Position numbers and translations under genes: made by a program. The notes under the pieces were generated by a model. It was not told where the DNA came from. It saw only the letters and a list, made by a program, of their open reading frames with translations, and ran no database searches. Below, piece by piece: positions 8,420 to 18,062 of a DNA stretch of 64,000 bases. Position 1 is the first letter of the stretch. Every line of letters starts with the position of its first letter. Origin of the DNA: a virus; IMG/VR virus record IMGVR_UViG_3300035670_000059, positions 1 through 64,000 of that record. One strand, written 5' to 3'.

Positions 8420-9880
8420 ATGGAAGAAAATACTTTACTTGCTCTATCTAAATCTTATCTTCTTACAGAAGAGGGCAAAAAACTTATTGATAAAGAATTA
8501 GATATATCATCTATCAAATCCCAACAACAGAATCAATTAAGATCTGTTGCGGATTCTAATAATTTTAAAGAAATTAGCTCTAAACCTAATTCAACAAGAG
8601 AAGAAAGACAAAAAGTAAGACAAGAAAAAAGGCAAGTACGAAAAGATCAAATTCAAGAAAAAAAAGATCAAATAGGCCAATATACTCCTGAATTAAAAAA
8701 CTTTAATATTAAGGGGAGAATTTATGATAAAAAAGAAAATATTCCTTTACAAGGTGTAAAAGTAGAAGTATTAATTGAAGATCCTGTTTACTTAAAATTA
8801 AGTGAACAAGGATATTCTACTTCAACTTTAGAAGATGGAACTTTTGAAATTAATGTAAAGTTTCCTATATTACCTATTGATCAAAAAATTCTTCTACAAC
8901 CTAAATTTTTATATACTAAAGATGGATTCCTCCCAGGAACTCAAGAAATTCTAACACTCGATAGGGAAGCAAAAACTGATTTAAATTTATATCCGTTATT
9001 AAATTTAGAAACAGCAGGTAAAGAAGAATTAGCAGCTTTAATAAATTCAGCTAATAGTAAAATAAAAGAAGTAAATACCCTAGCTTTAAATCTTCCTGAT
9101 AAAATAGTAGTAGCTAGAAGAAAAGCTATAATGAATGTGGTAAGTATAATCCAAACTCGATTATTCCCATTAGCTTTATCTTTGTTGCTAGCATTTGGGA
9201 TTACTAAATTAACCCAAAAAAACCAAAAAATATGTCCTGCTCGAAATTTATTGTTAAGTAATATAGCTAAAAGAAATAGAATAGTAAAACAATTAAATCA
9301 AATATTTATTTCTGTTAGTCTAAATACAGCTTTAGCTGCGGTATTAACTATAATAGCTAATCAGTTTAAAGCAGGAAGAATACAAATAGCTTCTTTACCT
9401 ATTCCTTTAGCTACACAACCCTATACTACTGTTTCGGGTTTACAACAAATTGAAGATGTACTTAAAGAATTAGAAGAACAAAATAAAAATTTAAATAGGC
9501 AAATATTAATTGCTTTAATATTTTTAGTGGCATCTTTAATTATAATATTAGCCTTATTAAAGGGTATAGATCAATTAACTCAAGAATGTGCTCAAGAAGA
9601 AAATATAAGTTTAGAACCTATATCTCAAGAATTGACAAGTTTAACAAATGAAACTAGTGAAGAAGGAGTAGTTAGTGTAAATAAAGTAAATGGATTTACC
9701 TTAGAAGTTCAAACAATTGACCAAAATGCAGTAGGTAGTTTAAAAAGAAGACAAGCAGTTGGTAAAAATTCACAAGGTATTGTGCTAGTTAAAGGAGATC
9801 CATCATTCAGCTCCAGTGATCAAATACTAATTAATGAACTGGCATTTTATATTCAATCAAATAATTTAAAAGCATTCTAA
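8420..9880 (+). CDS. baseplate-region protein with carboxypeptidase-regulatory-like domain and hydrophobic helices
   Basis: IKGRIYDK..PLQGVKV..DGTFEI; several hydrophobic helices in C-terminal half. Confidence 0.6.
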   Translation: MEENTLLALSKSYLLTEEGKKLIDKELDISSIKSQQQNQLRSVADSNNFKEISSKPNSTREERQKVRQEKRQVRKDQIQEKKDQIGQYTPELKNFNIKGRIYDKKENIPLQGVKVEVLIEDPVYLKLSEQGYSTSTLEDGTFEINVKFPILPIDQKILLQPKFLYTKDGFLPGTQEILTLDREAKTDLNLYPLLNLETAGKEELAALINSANSKIKEVNTLALNLPDKIVVARRKAIMNVVSIIQTRLFPLALSLLLAFGITKLTQKNQKICPARNLLLSNIAKRNRIVKQLNQIFISVSLNTALAAVLTIIANQFKAGRIQIASLPIPLATQPYTTVSGLQQIEDVLKELEEQNKNLNRQILIALIFLVASLIIILALLKGIDQLTQECAQEENISLEPISQELTSLTNETSEEGVVSVNKVNGFTLEVQTIDQNAVGSLKRRQAVGKNSQGIVLVKGDPSFSSSDQILINELAFYIQSNNLKAF

Positions 9881-9908
9881 AACCATATTTATAACATATA
9901 CTAATATT

Positions 9909-10280
9909 ATGAAATTAGACATATTAAGAAAAATCATTAGAGAAGAAGTAAAGGGTGCAATACAAGAAGAGTTAAAAGATCTTTTACTTGAAGCTATTCG
10001 CACCCCTAAACCTGTTATAGAAACTCAAACTTATAATCCTGTATCTACAGCTGGTTATATTTCACCTTCTACTACTACTTCTACAGCTACAGTTTCAAAA
10101 GAACAACTTAGAGAAAATTACCGAAATATATTAGGTGAAACTGCAGCTTCGTTTAATACTTCTCAAGTGGGTAAATCTTTACAATTACATGGTTCTATGG
10201 ATACTGCTTCACCAAATGGTAGATTACCTGATGGCGAAGTACCAATGGATATGATCATGGGGCTAATGAATAAAAAATAA
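9909..10280 (+). CDS. hypothetical late protein with cargo-type leader
   Basis: MKLDILRKIIREEV..IQEE; TATTTATA at 9886. Confidence 0.7.
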   Translation: MKLDILRKIIREEVKGAIQEELKDLLLEAIRTPKPVIETQTYNPVSTAGYISPSTTTSTATVSKEQLRENYRNILGETAASFNTSQVGKSLQLHGSMDTASPNGRLPDGEVPMDMIMGLMNKK

Positions 10281-10687
10281 TGGCATTTGGTGCAAAACAA
10301 ATATTTCCTAATGATTTAAAACCTAGAACTGCTATAGGTGTAGATCTTCCATTTAATGGGCCTGGAGTTTTTATTTTGAATTACACCACAAAAGATGCTA
10401 TTAAGAATAATTTAATCAATTATTTTTTAACTAACCCGGGTGAAAGACCTGCTAACCCAACATTTGGGGCAGGACTAAGAGCATATATATTTACTCAAAT
10501 AGAGAGTAACAATTTAGATTTTATAAAAGAAGATATACAACAAAAACTAGGAAGTAATTTTCCTAATATCGCGGTAGATTCCGTGGAAGTTTTGGGTCAA
10601 GAAGATTACAACACAATCAATATAATTATCAAATATAGCATTGTAAATACGGGAATAAACGATGAATTACAGTTAACTTTCACATAA
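10280..10687 (+). CDS. baseplate wedge protein gp25/GpW-like
   Basis: IKNNLINYFLTNPGERPANPTFGAGL motif. Confidence 0.9.
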   Translation: MAFGAKQIFPNDLKPRTAIGVDLPFNGPGVFILNYTTKDAIKNNLINYFLTNPGERPANPTFGAGLRAYIFTQIESNNLDFIKEDIQQKLGSNFPNIAVDSVEVLGQEDYNTINIIIKYSIVNTGINDELQLTFT

Positions 10688-12528
10688 TGGCGGTAAATAG
10701 AGATATAAAATATGTAAATAAGGATTTTAACGAATTTAGATCACAACTTCTAAATTACGCCCAAACCTATTTTCCAAACACATACACCGATTTTACTCCA
10801 TCTTCCCCTGGAGTAATGTTTATGGAAATGGCCTCTTATGTAGGTGATGTATTATCTTTCTATCTTGATAACCAAATTCAGGAAAACTTTTTACAATACG
10901 CGCGTCAATCCAATAATTTATATGAATTAGCGTATATGTTTGGATATAAACCTAAAACAACAGGGTTAGCTACAGTAGATATTGATTTTTACCAACTAAT
11001 ACCTTCTAAAACTGTTGGGTTAGATATAGTACCAGATTATGATTATGCACTTTATGTAGATGCAAATACACAAATATCTTCCCGAACAACTACAACTAAA
11101 TTTATAATTGAAGATCCTATAGATTTTACTATATCTAGTTCTTTAGATCCTACTACTGTAAGTGTAGCTCAAATATCTGGTGGAAATCCTACTTATTATT
11201 TACTTAAAAAAACTCGTAGAGCAATATCCGGAACAATTAGTAGTACTAGTTTTTCATTTGGATCTCCCGTGGAATTCTCCACAGTAACTATCAGCGGGGC
11301 GGATATTGCTGGTGTAATAGATATCGTGGATTCCGACGGTAATATATGGTATGAAGTTGATCATTTAGCACAGGAATTGGTATTTGATGGTATAAAAAAT
11401 ACTAATATAAATGATCCTAATAATTATCAAAATAGTGATGATACTCCTTATATTTTACAAACTAAACAAGTACAACGTAGGTTTACAACTAGATTTTTAA
11501 ATCCTACTACTTTACAACTACAATTTGGATCAGGCAATCCTAGCGACAATGATGAAAACGTAATACCAAATCCTTCAAATGTAGGTTTGGGTTTACCCTT
11601 TGAAAAAAATAAATTAACAACCGCATATTCCCCTACTAACTTTATATTTACAAATACTTATGGAATTGCTCCTTCTAATACTACTTTAACTGTAAGATAT
11701 TTAACAGGTGGAGGGGTTGGATCTAATGTTAACGCTAACGATTTAACCTTACTTAATACTGGAGCTATTAGATTTCTAAAAAACAACTTAAACTCCACTA
11801 CAGCCCAGTATATATTTAATTCTGTTGCTTCTAACAATGAATCAGCAGCTAGTGGGGGTCAAGATGGAGATAGTATAGAAGAAATAAGACAAAATTCTAT
11901 ATCAAATTTTTCCACACAATTACGAAATGTAACTGCTGATGATTATTTAATTAGAGCTTTAAGCATGTCTCCTAGATACGGGGTAGTAGCTAAAGCTTAT
12001 GCAGAAAAACCAAAAGCAGATGATGCTAATACTACTTTGGATTTGTATATTTTATCGTATAATCCAAATGGCAACTTAACAACTGCTTCTACTACACTAA
12101 AAAATAACTTAAAAACTTATATTAACCAATATAGAATGATTGGGGATACCCTTTCAATTAAAGATGCATTTGTTATTAACATAGCGTGTGATTTTGAAAT
12201 AATAACTTTACCTAATTATAACAGCAATGAAGTAATATTTAGGTGCATTTCAGCATTACAAAATTATTTTGATATAAATAATTGGCAAATTAATCAACCT
12301 ATTATATTAAGAGATATAAGTGTTTTAATAGACAATATTGAAGGTGTTCAAACTGTAAATAAAATAAATATCACAAATAAAGCAGGAACAACCTCAGGTT
12401 ACTCACAATACGCATATGATATAGCAGGAGCTACACAAAAGAATATTATATATCCTTCACTTGACCCTTCTATATTTGAATTAAAATATCCAAATACTGA
12501 TATTAAAGGAAAAGTAGTAACTATATAA
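10687..12528 (+). CDS. baseplate wedge protein (T4 gp6/baseplate J-like)
   Basis: DFNEFRSQL, ASYVGDVLSFY, GGQDGDSIEEIR, RNVTADDY motifs. Confidence 0.9.
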   Translation: MAVNRDIKYVNKDFNEFRSQLLNYAQTYFPNTYTDFTPSSPGVMFMEMASYVGDVLSFYLDNQIQENFLQYARQSNNLYELAYMFGYKPKTTGLATVDIDFYQLIPSKTVGLDIVPDYDYALYVDANTQISSRTTTTKFIIEDPIDFTISSSLDPTTVSVAQISGGNPTYYLLKKTRRAISGTISSTSFSFGSPVEFSTVTISGADIAGVIDIVDSDGNIWYEVDHLAQELVFDGIKNTNINDPNNYQNSDDTPYILQTKQVQRRFTTRFLNPTTLQLQFGSGNPSDNDENVIPNPSNVGLGLPFEKNKLTTAYSPTNFIFTNTYGIAPSNTTLTVRYLTGGGVGSNVNANDLTLLNTGAIRFLKNNLNSTTAQYIFNSVASNNESAASGGQDGDSIEEIRQNSISNFSTQLRNVTADDYLIRALSMSPRYGVVAKAYAEKPKADDANTTLDLYILSYNPNGNLTTASTTLKNNLKTYINQYRMIGDTLSIKDAFVINIACDFEIITLPNYNSNEVIFRCISALQNYFDINNWQINQPIILRDISVLIDNIEGVQTVNKINITNKAGTTSGYSQYAYDIAGATQKNIIYPSLDPSIFELKYPNTDIKGKVVTI

Positions 12529-12531
12529 AAA

Positions 12532-13683
12532 ATGGCAGTATATAAATTATTTCCTTCAAAGGACGCTAGCATATATTCTTTTTATCCTGTAATGAATACA
12601 GGTATTGATTCTATCATTGAGATAGGAAACTTAAATGTTAACTATGATCCTGTACCTCAAGTATTTAGATTTTTAGTCCAATTTGATCAATCTGAAATTG
12701 AGGATATTATAGATAATAAAGTTGGAGATACTAATTTTTCTAGTAGTTTAAAATGCTATATTGCAACTGCTCAAGGAGTTATAGCACAAACTGATGTTGA
12801 AGTATACGCAGTATCTGTTCCTTGGAACAATGGATCAGGTACTTACCTAGATTCTCCCTATACTACTAATGGTGTAAGCTGGAGATACAGAACATTTGAA
12901 AATGGAGCACTTTGGGATACTGGAAATTATCCTACATACGTAACTGGATCTTATTCTGGTAGTTTTCTAGGAGGAGGTACATGGTATACAGGATCTAGTG
13001 ATCCTAATCATACCAATCTTACTCCTACTCAAAGTTTTGATATTAGAACTACCAAAGATATAAACATCAATGTTTCAGATATTGTAAAAGTATGGTATTC
13101 TAGTTCAAATTCTATAGGTGGTTACACTAATATTCAAAATAATGGGTTTATAGTTAAATGGGAAAAAGCAGTTGAATTTAGTACTAGTGATGCTGTTCAA
13201 CCTATAATGCAATTTTATTCAGTAGATACAAATACAATTTATCCTCCTTGCTTAGAAATAAAATGGAATGATCAAATATATGATTCTGGAAGTTTATCCC
13301 CTATTACTACTAGTAACTTTTATGCTTCATTAGATAATAATCCAGGTGTATTTTACACAGATAGTGTAAATAGATTTGGTATAAATGTTAGAGAAGAATT
13401 CCCTACTAGAACTTTCCAAACCACTTCAGTATACACTAATAATAAAGTTTTAAATAGTGATTCTTTGTATGCTATAAAAGATTTAGATACTAATGAATTT
13501 GTAGTAGATTTTGATCCTAAATTTACAAAAATAAGTTGTGATCCTATTAAAGGAAATTATTTTGATATTTATATGAATGGTTTAGAACCTGAAAGATATT
13601 ATAAAATACTAATACAAACTACTATAAGTGGTAGTACGGTAATAAAAGATGATAATTATTATTTTAAAATAGTTAATGGATAA
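12532..13683 (+). CDS. virion structural protein (baseplate region)
   Basis: Beta-rich, SGS/TGS-rich, translationally coupled in baseplate operon. Confidence 0.65.
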   Translation: MAVYKLFPSKDASIYSFYPVMNTGIDSIIEIGNLNVNYDPVPQVFRFLVQFDQSEIEDIIDNKVGDTNFSSSLKCYIATAQGVIAQTDVEVYAVSVPWNNGSGTYLDSPYTTNGVSWRYRTFENGALWDTGNYPTYVTGSYSGSFLGGGTWYTGSSDPNHTNLTPTQSFDIRTTKDININVSDIVKVWYSSSNSIGGYTNIQNNGFIVKWEKAVEFSTSDAVQPIMQFYSVDTNTIYPPCLEIKWNDQIYDSGSLSPITTSNFYASLDNNPGVFYTDSVNRFGINVREEFPTRTFQTTSVYTNNKVLNSDSLYAIKDLDTNEFVVDFDPKFTKISCDPIKGNYFDIYMNGLEPERYYKILIQTTISGSTVIKDDNYYFKIVNG

Positions 13684-14048
13684 TGGAACAAAAGGTAGAT
13701 ACCAAAAAAAGTGTATTTGATAAAAACCAATATTCAAAAACTATAGATACTAGTTTTAAAGAATTTGGAGTTACAACTATTTCTGATGACCTTCAATCCC
13801 AACCTACTGTAGAACAATTTTTTGCATTATATAATCAATTGTTTTATGATATACCACCCACAGGTGAAACTAACTCTCATGAATTTTTAGTTCAACAAAG
13901 TGGTGAATATATAAATTTTGAAGCTAATGCCGAAGAAATTAGAGCACTGCAAGATGAAATAGCTAATTTAAGAGAAGAACTTTTAAATGCACAAATACAA
14001 CTTGCTTCAACAACTAGTGGAATACAACTTACTGGTTCACTTACATAA
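13683..14048 (+). CDS. hypothetical baseplate-region protein, C-terminal coiled coil
   Basis: Overlapping stop/start with upstream gene. Confidence 0.7.
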   Translation: MEQKVDTKKSVFDKNQYSKTIDTSFKEFGVTTISDDLQSQPTVEQFFALYNQLFYDIPPTGETNSHEFLVQQSGEYINFEANAEEIRALQDEIANLREELLNAQIQLASTTSGIQLTGSLT

Positions 14049-14050
14049 AA

Positions 14051-17000
14051 ATGGAAGAACAAATATTAATAACACCTGTAGATCCAATTACATTTGAGCT
14101 GCAAGATTATTCGGTTCAAGATACTGACATTATAACTCAATTTGAGATAGATACTGTATTTTCTCAATCTATAGATTATATAGAATATTTTATTTTTGAT
14201 GAAAATCAAAATTTAATATTTCCTAGTACTACACAAGAATTATTAACATATACAGTAAAAAATGGAGATGTATTACTTTCTCCTGATCAAGATTTATCAA
14301 GATTGGGATTTGATGAAGGTGTATATTTTATATCCTATAATTTCTATAGAAAAAGATTAGCATCTTCAATCTCAGCTAATTACTTTATATCTAGCATAAG
14401 TTCAGATAGAACTGAAATCAGATTAGATTCTAATACAATTTTAAATGAAGATATAATATCTTCAACTAATGAATTTATTCAGTATAGAAATCAGTCTAAT
14501 TATTTTGTTGATTTTTACCTTAATTTTGGCTCCAATAATTTAGTTATAGCCAATAATATAAGCTTAGATAGTAGCATTATTAATGACCCTACTATATTAA
14601 TTAAGTTATATGAACCACTTCCATTCGAGTTTGATTTAAAATCTCAACTTTGGGTTGTAGAACAAATTTCTACCCCCCAATCTTATCAAGTCAATTTCCC
14701 ATTTACCCTATTTGCATTACAAGACTTTCAATATATTTCGGGTCCTAATTTTAATTTAAACCTTCAAGAACAAGTTGGTTCTACCAGTCAGGAATTTTCA
14801 CTAGATAATTTATTAACAAGTAATGTTACAAGTTCATATAATCAACTCCAATCGTTACTAAACGAAAAAGGATTAAAGATTAATGTTAATTATGAAGATT
14901 TTAATGAATTTATTCATTTTTCTTCTGCTAAAACTAGACTAGAAAATTTTTATTATAAAATAAGTTTAATTGAAAATTACAATAATTTAGTACAAGAATT
15001 AATAGCTGTTAACTCAAGTACCTCAGCTGTAACCGCTTCAATTCAAAGTATAATTAAAAATTTTGATAATTACGAATATTTTTTATATTATAATAGCGGC
15101 TCACAATATTCTTGGCCTAAATCTAATACCGAACCCCCATATACTTTATATTCTACAGGAAGCTCCCAAGTCCTTAATTGGATAGGAAGTGCAGATGTTG
15201 CAAATCCATATTATGGGGGTTTAGCATTATCTGCTTCAAATTATGATCAAGATAATCAAGATTGGTTATATTGGGCAGTACCTGAATATTTAAGAGATGA
15301 TTCTGATAATGATCAATATCTACTATTTGTTGATATGATTGGTCAACATTTTGATAATGTTTGGGTTTATACTAAAGATATAACTAATAAATTTTCAGCC
15401 GATAATAGATTAGATTATGGTATATCAAAAGATTTAGTAGCCGATGCTATCCGAGATTTTGGTGTAAAGCTATATGCAAATAATTTTAGTGTTAATGATT
15501 TATATACAGCATTTTTAGGTATAACACCTTCAGGTAGTTTATTCCCATATCCAAATCAAACCGGATCTCTACCTACTCCTAGTGGGTATGAATATATTGA
15601 TACTTTAATATCTGCTTCTAGTGATGTTATACCATTAGATGATGCTAATAAAAGATTATATAAGAGAATATATCATAATCTACCATACTTACTTAAAACT
15701 AAAGGTACGATTGCGGGTTTAAGAGCACTTGTTACCTCATATGGTATTCCTGATACAATATTAAGAATAAATGAATTTGGTGGAAATATTATAGGTTCTT
15801 TAGATGATAGAAATTTAAAGCAGCGTGAATTTAACTATGCTTTTAATACTGAAGGACAATATCATTTTTCATCTTCATTTGTTCCAAACTCAAATTTTGA
15901 CAGTGGTAAACCAAATACCATACAATTTAGATTTAATGCCGGAGGATTACCAACCCAATTATCCCAATCATTATGGTCTATAGATAATGGTAATTCTTCA
16001 TTAATATTAGAATATACAGGTTCAGGATTAATAAGTGGATCATATTCAGGTTCAATCCCAGATCCGTACAATCAATATGGTACTTTAAAGTTTATACCTG
16101 ATTCTACAGATCTAACTATAAGTGCTAGTGTATACTTGCCATTCTTTAATGAAGGATGGTGGTCAATAATGACTACCCAAAACGGTACTACTGCTAGTTT
16201 ATATGCTGCCAATTCTATAAATAATACATTAGGATTTGTATCTTCAAGTAGTGTTACAGGATATAGTGCTACTAATTATAATAATGGGACTGTTATAAGA
16301 TTCCCTAATTCAAGTAGTATAACATATGGTTCAAATACTTATTTACCATTCTCTGGTTCATTACAAGAAATTAGATATTATGTTCCTAACTTAAATACAT
16401 CTTCATTTTATGATTATGTTTTAAATCCATATTCAAGTGAAGGAAATGGGATTAATTCCTCCCCTAATGAATTAATGTTTAGAGCAGATTTAGGTACTTT
16501 ATCTGATATAAGTAATAGAAAATCTATCCACCCTAAAGTATCGGGTTCAACTATTTATATAACATCTTCATTTGCTTCTGATAGTTTATTTTATTTGAGC
16601 AGTGAAAACTTTATTACTAATAAAGAAATAATAAATGAAAACCAACTTATATCTGGTATTAAAGATAGAGTAACAGATAAAATACAAATTAGACCTAATA
16701 TATTAGCTACTAATGTATCGGGTTCTAATACCAATATTAATGTTTTATCTCCATTAAGATCTATACAACAAACTTCTGATATATCTGGTAGTTTTACTGA
16801 AAATGTTAACTATTTAGAAGTAGCATTTTCTCCACAAGATCAAATAAATGATGATATAATTGCTCAATTAGGTAACTTTAATTTGGGTGAATATATCGGT
16901 GATCCAAGACAAATATCATCTTCAGCTGTTAATTACCCAGATCTAGATAGATTAAGAGATGCATACTTTGAAAAATACACTCATAGCTATGATGTTGTTG

Positions 17001-18034
17001 ATTTTATTCGTTTAATTAAGTTCTTTGACAATTCACTATTTAGAATGATCAAAGATTTTACTCCTGCTCGCACAAGTTTATCTTCGGGTGTAGTAGTAAA
17101 ACAACATATACTAGAAAGAAATAGAGTAAGACCTGCACAAGTTACTTCAAGTAATGAAACACTTGAAGGTTTAATTAAACCATTCTCTAGAGGATATGAT
17201 ACAGGATCTGGAGATACAGGTCAGTACGAATATATAAGTGGTTCCTCTATCTATAGATTCAGTGGGGGTACAGGTGGTACTCTTGATCAATTTAACGGTA
17301 TTGAATTTTATCCAACTACAGTAGACAATATATATAATGTTACTCAAAGTTGGGATGAATCATTTGAAACCAAATTAGGCACAGTAACATACGATAGGGA
17401 TGACCAACGTGAATTTTATAATGGTGAATTTAGTGGATCTGATCCTTATGTTAAACTACAGAGGGGATTAGGTAATGAAGATGATCCATGTGCTTCTACT
17501 TTAAAAATTAACCCTAATAATTTTTATGTATATGATTTAGAATTTTATGGTGGACCCGATAATGATTATACCATCACCTCTACCCCTACTACCACTACTA
17601 CCACTACTACCACTACTACAACTACTACCACCACTACTACAACTACTGCTGCTCCTGTACATACTTTTACTGATACTCCATATCCGGGAGGAACCCTAGG
17701 TAATGTAATTATTGTATCAGGAACAACTTATAATGTATTCCTTTCAGGATCTCCTTTTACAATGAGTCCTAGTCCATTAGTCTCTCCTACTACTACTGCT
17801 ACACTTAATTTCTTTAACAGTACATCAACAAATACTACTATTTCATTTACATTATCAGGTACTACTACTGCTACAGCTTTTAGTAATCTTACAATAAAAG
17901 ATAATTTAGGTGCTACATATACTGGAGTAGTATCTGGAGGTAGTGGGGTTAATAAAACAGTTACATTTACTTTAGGTGCACCTTCTAATAAAACCTTTGC
18001 ATTCCAAGGAGGTCAAGTAGATCTTTCATTTTAA
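14051..18034 (+). CDS. large baseplate wedge protein (gp7-like) with LamG-like region, poly-Thr tract and C-terminal beta domain
   Basis: LPYLLKTKGTIAGLRAL..YGIP wedge motif; FSGSLQEIRYY; 20 consecutive Thr. Confidence 0.65.
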   Translation: MEEQILITPVDPITFELQDYSVQDTDIITQFEIDTVFSQSIDYIEYFIFDENQNLIFPSTTQELLTYTVKNGDVLLSPDQDLSRLGFDEGVYFISYNFYRKRLASSISANYFISSISSDRTEIRLDSNTILNEDIISSTNEFIQYRNQSNYFVDFYLNFGSNNLVIANNISLDSSIINDPTILIKLYEPLPFEFDLKSQLWVVEQISTPQSYQVNFPFTLFALQDFQYISGPNFNLNLQEQVGSTSQEFSLDNLLTSNVTSSYNQLQSLLNEKGLKINVNYEDFNEFIHFSSAKTRLENFYYKISLIENYNNLVQELIAVNSSTSAVTASIQSIIKNFDNYEYFLYYNSGSQYSWPKSNTEPPYTLYSTGSSQVLNWIGSADVANPYYGGLALSASNYDQDNQDWLYWAVPEYLRDDSDNDQYLLFVDMIGQHFDNVWVYTKDITNKFSADNRLDYGISKDLVADAIRDFGVKLYANNFSVNDLYTAFLGITPSGSLFPYPNQTGSLPTPSGYEYIDTLISASSDVIPLDDANKRLYKRIYHNLPYLLKTKGTIAGLRALVTSYGIPDTILRINEFGGNIIGSLDDRNLKQREFNYAFNTEGQYHFSSSFVPNSNFDSGKPNTIQFRFNAGGLPTQLSQSLWSIDNGNSSLILEYTGSGLISGSYSGSIPDPYNQYGTLKFIPDSTDLTISASVYLPFFNEGWWSIMTTQNGTTASLYAANSINNTLGFVSSSSVTGYSATNYNNGTVIRFPNSSSITYGSNTYLPFSGSLQEIRYYVPNLNTSSFYDYVLNPYSSEGNGINSSPNELMFRADLGTLSDISNRKSIHPKVSGSTIYITSSFASDSLFYLSSENFITNKEIINENQLISGIKDRVTDKIQIRPNILATNVSGSNTNINVLSPLRSIQQTSDISGSFTENVNYLEVAFSPQDQINDDIIAQLGNFNLGEYIGDPRQISSSAVNYPDLDRLRDAYFEKYTHSYDVVDFIRLIKFFDNSLFRMIKDFTPARTSLSSGVVVKQHILERNRVRPAQVTSSNETLEGLIKPFSRGYDTGSGDTGQYEYISGSSIYRFSGGTGGTLDQFNGIEFYPTTVDNIYNVTQSWDESFETKLGTVTYDRDDQREFYNGEFSGSDPYVKLQRGLGNEDDPCASTLKINPNNFYVYDLEFYGGPDNDYTITSTPTTTTTTTTTTTTTTTTTTTTAAPVHTFTDTPYPGGTLGNVIIVSGTTYNVFLSGSPFTMSPSPLVSPTTTATLNFFNSTSTNTTISFTLSGTTTATAFSNLTIKDNLGATYTGVVSGGSGVNKTVTFTLGAPSNKTFAFQGGQVDLSF
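17588..17647 (+). repeat. ACN trinucleotide repeat encoding Thr20
   Basis: (ACT/ACC/ACA)20 in frame. Confidence 0.95.
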
Positions 18035-18062
18035 TAATATTAATATTTATAATAAAATATAA